Below are positions 15,066-30,000 of a stretch of 64,000 nucleotides of DNA, piece by piece. Position 1 is the stretch's first letter. The number at the start of each line of letters is the position of its first letter. The notes beneath the pieces were generated by a model that worked only from the letters and a program-made list of their open reading frames with translations, was not told the DNA's origin and did not search any database. Both the position numbers and the translations under genes were made by a program. This stretch comes from Piromyces finnis finn (lineage: Eukaryota; Fungi; Neocallimastigomycota): positions 434,001-498,000 of the forward strand of contig MCFH01000028.1 in NCBI GenBank assembly GCA_002104945.1, written 5' to 3'.

Positions 15066-16804
15066 CTAAAGTACTAATCCGATACTACAATATATATATG
15101 TTTTTTTAAAAGGATAAAAATATTAATATATTATTAATAAAAAATAGTAATAATATTATATTGTGATATCTTACCCAAAAGTAGTTTTTATTGGGTTAAA
15201 ATAGTAGTTTGTCCAGTTTGATTTAACTTGTTCATCATATGGAATTTTAAGACCAGATTGATTGACGGTAAGAACAACTCTATCGCTTTCTTGAACGAAG
15301 CTTAATGTAACATCAGTATAGTGATTTTCTGGGAATTCCTTAATTCTCCACTTAAGTGAAATAGATTCATCTGGAACTAATTTTGTAATGTAACCACTTA
15401 CATTTCCCCAGAAATTGAATTTTCCGTTTTCTTTTGGTTCAATCATGGAAGCACCACTACGACTATTATTAGTATTATTATTATTATTATATTATAATTA
15501 TAGTTAAAATCAACTTTCTTAATAAATAAAAAATGAATAAAAAAATTATTATTTTGATGGCATTTTTATATTGTACATACGTCCAAGCTTTAACCTTATT
15601 TGGATTTAAGAAAATACTGTATAATTCGTGTGCACTGGTAAAGAATTCATCTTTTACAGTAATACTTTTATTCCAAGAACCAAGTGATACAATTTCTTTT
15701 TTAGTTTCTCCTTTTTCATTTGATTGCTTATCAATAACAATATTTGTGGTTGTGTTAACAGGGTGTCCAGTCATTTTTTCTGGTGGAATATATACATCAC
15801 CAGTATTTGATTTAATTAAATCACCTTGGAAATTAACTAATTTACTCTTTATTTTTGGAACTAATTGTTTTCTAATGAGATCTTTAATTGGACGCTTTTC
15901 TGAATTTTCATTTTCAATAGTAATATCAAACTTTAGGCATTTATATTTATTTTGTTATATATAATTTTAAAAAGTAGTATCAAAGAAAAAAAAAGTCAAA
16001 TTAATTACCATTTTTAATTAGATTAAAATAAACATTTATTTTATATAAAATTAATATAGTCTTAATAATTTTTATATTACTTACAACATATTCATCTTCT
16101 TCTGTATCATGGGCAATTTCTGGAATGTTAATTTTTCCTTTAATGTCAATGTCATTAACTTTTCCTTTAATGGCAAAATCACAATCAATGTCATAAATGG
16201 CAAAAACTTTTCCTTTTCTTTGATTTACATCAACATCACCATTAAATTTCTTAATTTCAGTGATTTCAACTGAGCAATTATCAGATTCTTCTTTTAAACC
16301 AACAAATGTATTTTTAAAATATTCTTTAGCCCTTTATTATATACATTTAATCATATATTAGCATAATTAAAAAAAAAAAAGAATTAAATTAAGACCTAAA
16401 AAATGTTGAAACCTTACCATGGTATACAATTCTTTTCAACCCTATTTATTATTATATTATTATTTTTTTTTAAAAAGAACAATATAAGATTTAATTTATA
16501 CTTACTAAAAGTAATTTAAATATACTATAAAAATAATTATTAAATATATGTAAATATCTTACCAGTGCCTATTTTTTTTTTTAAAAAATAAAATAAATAA
16601 AATAATTATATTAAAAATTAATACTTTTTGATATTAAAAAGTTTATATATATATATGTATATAAATATTTACCAATTGTTAACTAAGGGATTAGAATTTA
16701 ATATAAATTTATTATTAATATCTTTTAGTTTTTTTCTTACTTTAATTATTTTATTAATTATATTTTTTTTTATTATATTTACCGTTCTTCCAGTTTGTTG
16801 TCAT
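15066..16804 (-). CDS. AHA1: Activator of Hsp90 ATPase Aha1 (multi-exon, with micro-exons)
   Basis: Spliced N-terminus MTTNWKNVNNWHWVEKNCIPWAKEYF, followed by VNQRKGK. The C-terminal START-like domain contains SLKWRIKEFPENHY...NWTNYYFNPIKTTFG. A last small exon adds IGLVL* (stop 15066-15068). Confidence 0.93.
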
Positions 16805-18019
16805 TTTTTAAAATAAAATACTTATAATATAGTAAAATAAAGATCTTTATTTTATTTATATTCAAGAAATTCAAGAATAAAAAAAAAAAATTTTTTTAAT
16901 GATTTTTATATAATTTTTGTTTTGCTTATTAAATTAATAAATTAATGTTAATATATTGTAATATATATAATGATTTATATTTTTTAAAAAATATATAAAA
17001 GTATGTGAAATTTATGTGTTTAAGAATATTAATGTTGATTATTATTATTAACTATTAAATTTTATTTTTACTTTAATAAAAATAATTATATTATTACCTT
17101 TTATTATTTTATTTTAATATTATATTTCTTTATTTTATCATTTTATTTTTGTAGGTAATTCCTTTTTAGAAAGACTGAGAACATCATCGAATTTAATTAG
17201 AAATAAAAATTTTCAATATATAATCGAATGATTTAGAAAGTTTATAAATTATCATTCTTGTATGATACATAAATGTATGTTTTACATATATTTATGTATT
17301 ATGTATGATCCACATCTTACATCATTTATTATTATATTTAATGTACATTGTTATAAACTCCGACATCCATTATTTTATCTATTTACTACAATACAACTTT
17401 AGAGGTATTAAACACAATTTTTTTTAATATTATAATACAAATATGTTATATTGTTTAAGATATTATTAATATATATATCAATTTGTTAGAGTGTTATATT
17501 TAAAATTAATTTTATATATATCATAATTTTCTTGTTTTCATAAAATCAATAATGTATAAATGTTTTTGGAAAATTAATATTGCAAATAATAGATTTTATG
17601 CAAATTTTATTTTCAAAAACATATTTTACTCAAATTAAATTAAAATTAATCTAAATTAATATCTTTTTTTTTTAAAAAAAATTAAACAAGTAAATGTTAA
17701 TAATTAATATTTATTAATGTTTTAATTTATTGAATTTAATTTTTTATCATTTTTTTTATGTTTATATATCTGAATTAATTGAATTTAAATTAAATTTCAT
17801 TAAATTCAAATTTATTTTTTTTCTTTTTTTAAATTTTTATAGATATATTTACATTGAAGCTATTAAAGAGTTTTTTTTTTTTTAAGAGAAATGATATATC
17901 AATTAATGTGAACAATTTTTTTTGGCTTCATTATTTTATTTTAAGCAACATAAGAAGATTTGACTATTCTTTTTATTTATTTTATATTTTATACATAAAT
18001 TACAAAAAGGATTAATAAA

Positions 18020-21000
18020 ATGAATACAATTGAACCTGATATAATAGGATTATCAGAATATGCTGATAATAATTCAGAATACTCAGCATATGAGGTTGAT
18101 GAACCACCTATATTTATGTTTTCATCATTTTCAAACATTAAAGATTCTGATGTAAAAAATAATATTAAAATAACACTTAATGATGATAAATATAGACCAA
18201 GTACATATATGCAATGTCGCTCTTTGTCATTAAAAGAAAAGCTATTTCAACTATCATATATAAATACAATTATGTCATATAAAAAAAAACCAAAAATAGG
18301 TGAAAAATATCTACCTGAAAAGATTAAAATTATTGATTTGATACATGACCCAGATGTTGTTAATCATTCATATGATGTACCTATAGATACTCCTATATTT
18401 CAACCATTCCCATCACAAATAGTACTTCAGAATTTTATACCGTTTGAAAAATATAATATAATCATATCATTTAGAAATAATGACAAAGTATGTATTTGTT
18501 TTAAAATTATATATTTATTAAATTAATATTTTTTAAATAATAATAATAAATTAATATATTATTAATTGAAACAATACTTTGAAACATTGAAATAGTTTGC
18601 AAGAAAAATGAAAATATTACCAATTAATTATCCATATTTTTCAATAAGAGGAATTAATTCTGCTTCTTTAAATTCAGAAAAAATTGCACCTGGAATGGAA
18701 GTTCAATATATAATAACATTTGTACCAGAGGAAAATATTGATTATAATTATAATCTTGTATGTATAACTGAAAGAGAAAAGTTTCTTGTACCAATGATAG
18801 CAATCGGAGCAAGAGGTATAATTTATTTGATAGAATTTATTACAGTCTTTGAATTATACACAAGAAAATATTTATTAAATTTTAACTATTTTTTTTTCAA
18901 GCAATATTGGATTTTCCAGATATGGTTAATTTTTCAGAATGCCCAGTAAATTACGAATCATCAAAAATTCTATTAATAAGAAATATTGGTAATAAAAGTG
19001 CAACATTTAAATTGACAGTTAATGAACCATTTAAAGTAGTTCCAAGTGATGGGTATTTGGATATTGGAGAAAGCATGCAAATAGAAGTTAAATTTGAACC
19101 AGAGGTATAATATAGAGTTATGAATATATTATGTTTAAAATTTTATTAAAACATAGTATATATATAAATAATAAAAATTATTACATATTTTGATTTGTAT
19201 AGAAAGTAGGATCATATGAAGGTGAAATGTTATTAGAATATGATACAGGAGAAGAAGTATATATTAATGTATATGGAAGTGCTGATGATGTAAATATAAG
19301 ACTAGAAAAACAAATATTACAAATGGATAATACATATATTAATTTAGTTTCTATGAAAGTGTTGACGTTGTATAATCGCAGTGATATTATTGTAAAATTT
19401 TAATTTTAAATTTATTATATAGTTAAAATCATTGTTAATAATATCAGTAATAATTGATAATCATATATTATTATTATTATTATTATTATTATATAGATTA
19501 AGTATCAATGGAAGCAATTTTCAAGTCAAATTGAAGAAAATCAATTTCGTGAAAGAAAAATAATAGAATTAAATCAATTAAGAGAAGAAGAAGAATTATA
19601 TATAAGAGAAAATGAAGTAAAATATTTTTATAATGATATATATATTTAATATATTTTCATATTTTCTAAACATATTTTTTATAAAGACAAATCCAGAAGT
19701 AACAAATCAGAAAATCGCATTAATAAATGAAAAATATAAAGTAATAATTACTATAACAATATTTATTTAAAACAAAATAGTAAAAATTTTATTAATATTC
19801 AATTGCTTTAATAATATATAAGAATTTAATAAAAGAAAAAGAAAATGAAGAATTTTTGTTTTATGGAAAATGTATTAGTATAACGCCGCAAGAAGGAACA
19901 ATATGGCCTAATTCATCTTCTGAATTTAGAATTTTATTTCAACCAGAAAAATCTATAGAATACAAAAGAACAATATATTGTTGTGTAAATGGAAGAGAAA
20001 CTAGATTACCTTTACAAATTAAGGTATTAATTTAAATGAAAAAAAAAGTAAAAAAAAATTAATAAAATCATATTAAAATTTAATATTTATTACAAAGGGA
20101 AATGGTATAGGTCCTAAAGCAAGGTTTTCTTTTGACCAGTTGGAAATTGAAGATGTTTTTATAAATACTATTCATAAATTTCAGGTACATATATTATTTA
20201 TGATATATATATTTATATTCTATATAACTTATATTAACATATAAACAATCATTACATACTAAGGCATATTTAGAAAATAAGGGAGATATTGATGTTAAAT
20301 TTAAATTACTTCCAAAAAATACATTATTTGGTCCAAAATTTTCATTCTCACCAGACATCGGTGTTATTAAAGCTGGAAATAAACAACCAATAGACATTAT
20401 ATTTAATCCAGACATATTAGGAGAATTTTATGAAGATTTTCTCTGGAATATTGAGGTAATAATTTTGGTTTTAAATTTTATGTATATTATTTTACTAGTT
20501 ATTACTAATATTAATGTATTTAATACTTAAATTATGAATTTTTAGGGTTCATCTAATGCAATTTCATTAGTAATTACAGGAAAAGTAATTGGTCCAACCT
20601 TTTTCTTTGAACCAAATATATTGAATTTCGGAACATCTGTTTATGGATTTTTAAATACTAGAACAATAAAATTAGTAAATACATCTGATATAACGATTTC
20701 GTATCGCTTAAGATTAGTATCTGATAATTCAGAAGATGCTAATGAATTTAATATTATACCAGAAATTGGAACTGTTTTACCAATATCAGAAAAAGAAATA
20801 AAAGTCAACTTTACTCCAAATAGAATTTCAAATTATAAAGCTTCAATCATGGTTGATATTGAACATATAGGAAATGATGTAATGGAATATCATATAGAGG
20901 CTGAAAGTATTGTTCCAGATGTAACTATCATCTTTAAAAATGATTTTTCATAGCTTTAATTAATTTTTTGATTTTTAATTATAATTTTAATGTTTATTAT

Positions 21001-24000
21001 TCTATAATATATAAATATTAATCATTTATTTTAATTTATTTAATAAATAAATATCAAATATAAATTAAATATTTTTAATAGATTGTTCTAAATACTGTCA
21101 CAATTGATTATGAAAAATGCTATCAAGGATATCCGTATACAAAAACAATTGAATTATATAATCCATCAAATTATCCAGCTAGATATAGATTAATACATCA
21201 GGAAGAGTCAGCAAAAATAGTTTATTCCTATGAATCATTAAATGGTTTTGGTATTATTAATCCTAATTCAAATGCTCAAATTGATTTAACTATAATTGTT
21301 AAAAAATTAGGAACTGTTGTATTTCCGGTATTTATTGAAATTATTGGAAAATATGACGTTAATTTAGTTGTTGATATTACAGCATATGGAATAGGGCCAA
21401 CAATATCTTTATCAACTGAGGAAATAAATTGGGGAAAGATTAAAGTTTTAGAAAATAATACAACTGTATTAGAAATTAATAATAATTCACCTATTCCAGC
21501 AAAATTCGAATGCAATACAGTAAATGGAAATTCTATATATACTATAAGTAAACATTCTGATATTATTCAGCCTTATTCTAAGTATCCATTAACTATTACC
21601 GCTTTTCTAGACGATTCGGTTAAATTTACCGATACATTAAAAATAGATGTCAAATCAGATAAAGTTCATAATATAAAACTAATATCACAAGGAATAGGAA
21701 CAACAATTGTTTTTCCTGAAGATTTTACAAAAATTAATTTTGGGGACGTATTTAGTAATAGAAAATGTTTCAAAACATTTAAAATTAAAAATTGTGGAAG
21801 AAGAACACATACTCTTCATTGGTTATATAGAAACCCACCACAACCAAAAAATCATCCAAAAGAAGATTATCAAAGTATTTTTACTATTATACCTCAACGG
21901 GTTGTTTTAGCATCAGGTGAAACGTGTGAATTAACTATTGAAGGTTATTCTAAAATATCAAAATTTTATTGTGAAAATTATATATGTCAAGGTGTTATTG
22001 ATAAAAATCCTACAAGATTTGATTTAATTGAAAGCGTAATTTCAGTAAATTTTATTAATCCATTAATATCTATTAAACCATCTTCTTTAGACTTTGAATC
22101 GATACATAAAAACGAAAATGATTTTGAAATTCAAGAAAAATCATTAGAGCTTTCAAATGATTCATCTCTTATTCTTCATACAAAATTCATATATGAAAAA
22201 CCATTTGATTTAATAGTACCATCAAATCCGTTGGAGTTAAAACCTGGTATTTCTATACCTGTTAAAATAAAATTTGATTCATCTTATTTTAAAAATAAAA
22301 TATCTGATAGTAAGAATTGTAAATTAACGTTGGAATATCTAGAGCATCCTCAAATTGATACAATTGATCTTAATTATAATGTATTATTTCCAAATCTTTA
22401 TATTGATATTACTGAATGTAAATTTGATTGTATTCCACAAAATACAACCATTAAAAAAGCTTTTACTATATTAAATAAAGGTAAATTGCCAGTATATTAT
22501 ACATGGAATTTTTTCAAAGTACCATTTAATAATGAAAATGATTCGATTGACACAGAAAATGAATTAGTCCCAATATATCAATTATTCGATATTATTCCTT
22601 TAAGAGGGTATTTAGAACCAGGAGCTTGCGAGAATTCTGAGATTGTTTTTCATGGTTTATGTAATGGTATTTATAAAGTGCTAGCAGTTTGTGATGTTAT
22701 TGGAGGTCCCAAGTATAAAATTGTTCTTAGTGGAGAAACATCAGTAGTATCATATAAATTTGATCGTGAAGTGGTAGATTTTGGTGTTCAGTATTACCAA
22801 AATATTGTAAAACAAGATATTACTCTATTTAATAATGGTAAAGTTGAGTTTGATTATTCTATAATACTACCAAAAAATTCTATAATTAATAAAAGAGTTT
22901 CAATTTATCCAGCTGATGGTAGTATATTACCAAATCAAAAGCAAAAAATAACAATTAGATTTTCGACAATTACTCCAGAGGATGTTGAAGATTCATTCTT
23001 TATAAGAATAGCTCATTTTGATCCTATTCCAATAAAAATTATTGGAAAGGGTATAGCTCCGCATATTATGATAAATTTACCAAAAACTACTGAAATAGAA
23101 TCAAAAATTAGTAATGAAAATTTGTATCAGAATACTAATGATCTGGATCAAAATTGTAATAATAAAGGAATAAATCCAAATGGATATTTTGAAGAAGAAG
23201 AAGAAGAAGATAACAATAATCATAATAATAATAATAGTAGCAATATTAATAATTATAATAAGAGTGAGTCAAATCTTTTCATTTTATCTAAAGATCAAAT
23301 TAAAAAAATTAAAGAATGTGAAAGAGAGTTATTAACAACAAAGACAATGGAATATTTTGATATGTTATATTCCGATAATAAACAAAAAAGTCAAACACCA
23401 TCAAAATTAAATTTTGTTGGAAGCTCAATACTAATGAGTAAGACTATAAAAAAAAAATCAAATAAAAAATTAAATTCTAACGAAATTAATTATTTATCAG
23501 AATTATCAAAAATTCATTCCACTGAATACACATGTGATTTTGGGTATGTTATAAGAAACACAACAAAAACTAAAAAAATTATAATTACAAATATTGGTCA
23601 AAAGAAAGTTTCTTTTTCATTTAATATAACAAAATTAAAGAATACAGGGCTTTCAATAGAACCGGAAAAAGTTAAGGAACTTCCTCCTGAAGAATCATTT
23701 GAATTTTATTTAACTTTTCAATCAAGAGATATATCATTGTCAGAAAAGGAAGTTAGCATATTATTACCAATTGAAATTGTAGATGGTCCAGTTATATTAA
23801 TAAATATGAAGGCATCATTAACAATACCAGAAATTAAAATTAAAAATGATGAATTAAATTTTGGTGAGGTTATATGTGGTCAAAGAAAAAGTATTGCTAT
23901 TCAACTATTTAATGATAATTCAATACAAGCCGATTGGAAAATAAAACAAAAGATAACTAAAAATAAAGCTTTTTCTAAAAATAAAACTGAATTTACTATA

Positions 24001-27000
24001 GAGAATTTAAATAGTGTATATAAAATTATTCCAACATCTGGATCAATACAACCTGGAAAGAATCAATTAATTTATATAAAGTTTGAACCCACCGAGGAAA
24101 TAGATTATAATACAAGTGTTATTTTAAAAACTGCAATGAATAGTAAATCAATTATATTACATTTAAATGGTACAGGAATCCAAAACAAACTTGAATTTCA
24201 ACCAGAAAGATTATGTTTTGACCCTGTATTACCATATGCTGATATAGTAGAAAAGAAGTTTTCCATATATAACCCAAATGAATATCCGATTGAAGTATAT
24301 TCAAGAGATTTTGATACAATATATAGTGAAGAAAAAAAAATATTACAAAGAATTGAAAATTATGAAAATAATGTTGTATATTTACCACCAAGAGAAATAG
24401 GACAACCAATTACTGAAAGTTATTTAGAATCAGTAAATATTAAATTAAAACCAGCAATAAATGAGAATGATGAAAACAAAGAAATTCTAGTTAATCCACC
24501 AGAAGAAGGTGTTGGTGAAATTGAAACAATTGTTAGAAAGAGATCGATAGTATCAGAAAATTCACCTATAGTATTTATAGTTTATGGAACCCCATTTTCA
24601 GGAAAAACTACTGTATCAAAAAGTATTGCCAAACGTTATAATTTTTTATATTTAAATATAAATGATATAGCAGAAAATTTCCTTTCAATCCATAATATAA
24701 TAAATGAAAGCAAAACAAATATTAATTCTATTCAAGTATCGGAAAGCTCTATTCCTTTATCGAATACTAATATAAATAATTCAAGTATTATTGAGGAAAG
24801 TAGAAATGGAAGTTCAATAGATATACATGAAAATAGTCACTATAATCGTATTATACCTGATGAGAAATTTATAGATGCAATAAAAACAAGATTATTAAAG
24901 GAAGATTGTAAAAATGGTGTAGTTATTGATGGTATTGATTCAAAATACGCAACAAATGCAATTGTAATTTTAAAAGGTATAATGAAGGCATGTCCTAATA
25001 AAAGTAAAAGAGTATTTATAAATCTTATTACAGACCTCAATAATATTCATTTAAGAGAAATTCAAATGAAACAAAAGAATAATAACACTGATCCTATATC
25101 TGAAATTTCATTGATAAGTGAAGATGAATATGATAAATTAAATCCGGATGAACAAAAGAAATATGATATTATGTTAAAAAATTATAAAAAGCAGAAAAGA
25201 CTACTTAGAGATCAAGTAAAACTTGAAAAGAAAAAACAAGTTGAAATTGAACAACAAAAATCTGAAAAAAGAATTGATGATGAGAAAAATAAAAAACGTG
25301 AAAGAAATAAAAGCTTCTTGGTTCAAAAAAATATTAGTAAGGATAGTAATGATAAAGGAAAAGAAATTAAGGAAGTTATACAGGATAAAGGTGTGCTTCA
25401 ATCCTTTATTAAAACATTTACAATATTAAAATCCCTTCTTGATGGAAGAAGGTCTGTTTCGCCTCAATTTAATAAAAAGAAAGATGAAAAGGATAAAGAA
25501 AAAGATAAAGAGAAAGAAAACAATAATAAGGATAAGGATAAAAATGATAAAGAAAAAATGGATAAAAATGATAAAGAAAAAATTATTGAAAATGAAGTTA
25601 TAGCAAATATTGATATGTCGAATTTGACAATTAAAAAGTGTGAAAATTATACTTCCACAATGGACTTAATTATGGTTGTCTTAAAAGAAGGAGAAAAGTT
25701 CAGTCATAATATTGTCAATACAAACAATAATGGAAATGGAACAAATTCATCATATAACAATAAGCAAAATCAAGGTCTAAGCTTTAACGAAAAAAGAATT
25801 AATCAACAAAGAAATAAATCAGATATGGTTACTACTCAAACTGTTGAATCCTCAAATGATAGTGAACTTAAGGACGAATATTTATTTGGTCATTATTTTG
25901 AAATTAATTCTAATTTATCTATAGATGAAACATTTGAAGCAATAATTAATAATATACCATCTACATTAGACCCAGAGAAATTGAAAAATGAAAAAATAAT
26001 AAAAGAATTAATACCAAAAATTGAACAAGTTATAAATTATCCAGAAGATATTCCTGAAGAAAAAGAAGATAAATATAACTTTTTCTTAATAAATACAATG
26101 CAGGATGAAGAAAAAAGTGAAATATCATTGACAGAAATAACACCTCAAGTATCTATTACAACTAAACCTGAAACTTCTAAAAAAGGAAAGTTGACACAAA
26201 AGCAAGTAGAAGAACAAAAAATAACTGAAAAAAGTGAAGAAGATGTTGAAAAAGAACTTGCTCAAAAGTATCGATGGATAATAAAACCTGGAAAAAAAAA
26301 AGATCTGATTGTAAGATTTAATTCTAAAGTTGTTGGAACATTTACCAGAAATTTAAGTTTTTCGATTGTTGGATCAAATTATAAATATAATATTGATTGT
26401 ATTGGACAATGTGAATATTCTCAAATTGAAACTGATTATACTAAACTCTTTCAAAAATATAGAAAGACCAAAGATGACAAGAGTTTAAGTCATTGTGAAT
26501 TTATTGCAAATACATCTACATTTGAATTTGGACCACTATTATATAATAAACCTAAGGAAAAAAATATAGAAAGATACATTGATAATAAAACAACATTAAA
26601 TATAATTAATCCTTCAAATCTTTTAACTTTAAATGTTGATATGTGCTTTAAAAATGATATAAAATCAGAAATATTTATTATCGATCCACCATCAGTTGTT
26701 GTTGGGCCCGGTGAAATGAAACAAGTTTCAGTAAGTGCTTTTCCAAAAAGTTTGGGATTATTTGAAGATGAAATGGTTATATCAATTAAAGATAATCCTG
26801 AACCATTATGCTACAAATTTTCTTGTATTGGTGTTAAACCAGAACTTGAGTTAGACAAAAAAGTATTATCATTTGATAAAATTCATATTATGAAAACTGA
26901 AAATAGACAATTAGTTTTGAAAAATATTAGTCAAATATCAGCATATTGGAAACTTAGTGGAATTGAACAACTAGGTGATGAAATTAAAATAGCACCGGTA

Positions 27001-30000
27001 GAAGGCATTATTGAATATGGGAAAGAATGTGTTGTAAATGCTGAATTTCATGGTTCTAAGGTTACAACTATCAAAAGATCGATAAAATTAGAAGTTAGTG
27101 ATGTAGAAAGAATTAATAATTCTATTCAAACTGAAAATATATTAGTAACAGCTGAAGCATATGAAGCTCTCATTGATTTTCATCCTAAAAATTCAGATGC
27201 TATAATAGATTTTGGAATATTAGGTGTTCAGGAAGAAGGAAAACAACAATATACACTTAAAAATAAAGGTAAATATGAAGCAGGTTTTAACTTTTCAATT
27301 AAAGATAAAGAATTAAGTGAATGCTTAACATTTGTTCCAAATAATTTCGTATTACAACCAAATGATAAACCATTCAATGTGCAAATTTTATTTAAATCTA
27401 AGAAAGAAATATCATTTAAAGATAATAAAAATAACAACATTGTTGAATTTCAAGTTTATGATCCAGCTGATGGAGATATAACATCGAGAAGTACTGTAAA
27501 GATTATAGCAAAGGCAGTATATAGTAAATTTAATATATATCCTGCTAAAGACCTAAACTTTGGTGCATCAATTCATGGAACTAAAGGAACTAAACAATTT
27601 ACTATAGAAAATACAGGAGAATTTGATTTTAGATTTAATATATACAGTTCATCAAATGGAAATGATAATAAACAAAATAACAAGAAATTAAACAACGTAG
27701 GAAATATTACAGCATCAACTAATATTAATTCGAAACCAAGTAAATTTGGTAGATTATCACCACCACCATCTGCATTTAAACAATTTAGCAGAAAAGATAA
27801 TAAACAAAATGAAAACTCTGATTTAGGTCCATTTTCAATTGTTCCAACAACAGCTATGGTTAGCGCGGGTTCAAAACAAATAATAAATGTTGATTTTCAT
27901 CCAGAAACTCCTGGTGTTTACGATGAAGATATTGTTATTGAAATTATTGATAGAGTTCCTGAATCGAATATAATATCAGAATATAAATTAACTGGAGAGA
28001 GTTGTTTACCTGGAATAAATATTAAAGATTTTAATTCTATTTTTGAAGAACATACTGTATGTAAAAGATTAGAACTATTTAAAGTTCAAAATAATGTATA
28101 TGCTGAAGAGGATCGAGTATTTTATTTTGGTGCATTGTTAACTGGATTACATAGTCAAGCCAGATTTAAAATATCAAATCCATATAAAATTCCATGTGAT
28201 GTTTCATTATCTTTAAAACCAAGAGGAAAATCGAGTAAAAATGATTCATCTGAATTTCCATTTGAATTAGAACCAAAAAAGATAAATATTCCTAGTTATG
28301 AATATAAGTACGTTACAATTACTTTCCATCCAACATCAATTCAATCATATTCTGGAATATTTGAAGCTATAGTGGAAAATGTTGGTGATATTAAAGGAAG
28401 AAATTTACAATTTGAAATTAGAGGTGAAGGAACATTACCCAGATTTATAATTGAAAAACCAACTATAAAAAATAAGCAAGGAGTACATATACTAAAATTC
28501 AAAAAGTTGATTGTTGGTGCATCGCAAACACTTCCAATTCTTTTAAAAAATGTTGGTATAATTGAAGCAAAAGTTAAACTTGAATGGGTTCAAAATGACG
28601 AAAATGAATTTTCATGCCAAGATATTAACTCATATAAAACATTGAAAATTAATGAAACAGCATATATTGAGGTTAAATGTAGTCCAAAAAGTATTGGTCC
28701 AAAATATTCACAATTAAGAATAAAAACTATTGATAATAATTTTGAAGATACAGTTATCTCCATGGAGTGTGAAGGATATTTACAAGATTATGTTTTTGAA
28801 AATTTTCCAGATGATCTTTCAGATGAAATTCAATTTAAAGATTGCTACATAAATTCTTTAAATCAATTATCATTTACAGTATTTAATAGATCACAAGATT
28901 TAATAAAAGCAAAATGGGAAAATTTAGAAATGTTCAAGTTTTCACCAAGCGTATTTCATTTAAGTAAAAATAGTAGAAAAAACATTACAGTTTCATTTAA
29001 TTCATCAAAACCTATTAATATTAGTGAACAGATTGCAAAATGCACTATAAATAAAATAAAGTATTCTAATATAAATCAAATTACTGAAAATGACTGGGAT
29101 GACCATATTACTACTGTAAAATGGGTTACTTCTACAGATCCATTCTCAACTAAAGGTCAATCATTTAAAAAAGTATTAGAAAAATTACCTGAACCAACTA
29201 ATGAAATAATACCAAACACTGAATTTATATATCAATTAAAACTAGCAGCAAATGCTGATTATGTTTCCTATGAATGTGATGTTGATTCGATAAAATTTAA
29301 AAGTACAATGATGTATCAAACTAGAGCATATAAATTTATGTTAAAAAATATAGGAACAATAAAAATGGATTATTCATTTGTATTTATTGATGAAAAATTA
29401 GGAGAAGTTTTAGATGAAAATAATGATGATTTCCCATTCTCTGTTGAACCTGAAAATGGATCGATTGAAGCTAATGATTCAGCATTAATTACAGTAAGAT
29501 TTACACCAAATGATGTATATGATTATCAATGTACTTTATATTGTAATATTCAAAATCTTATGAATGACGAAAAGCCATTACTAATTAATATCTCAGGAAG
29601 TAGTTTAAGACCATTTTGTCACTTTGAATTGGATGAATGTGAATATATAACAAATGATCATCATCATCCAGATTTAGTAAATGTAAGTGGAGAACCAATT
29701 GTATTTGATCCATTAACTAAGGTCTTATCATTTAATTCCTGTGGTGTTAAAATTAGAAATTCAAAACGATTTTACATTGTTAATACAACTCAGATATCAT
29801 ATGATTTTGAATGGGTTTGTATAGCAGGGAATGATAAAATATTTAAATGTTTGACTAAAAAAGGAAGAATACTAAGTGGGAAGAAATTTGAAATAAACTT
29901 TGAATACATTCCTGAAAATATTGATCAAAGGGTAAAAATATTTTAATATAATATATTTTATTATAATACCAAATAATAATAAAAAAATAAATTTCTTTAA

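Noticed and set aside
15533-15964. 143-aa plus-strand hydrophobic ORF
   Set aside because: It is antisense to an AHA1 exon.
22231-29946. 2571-aa ORF as a stand-alone gene
   Set aside because: It starts at a TTG inside a HYDIN exon that is open from 21082, and its end runs into an intron at 29932.
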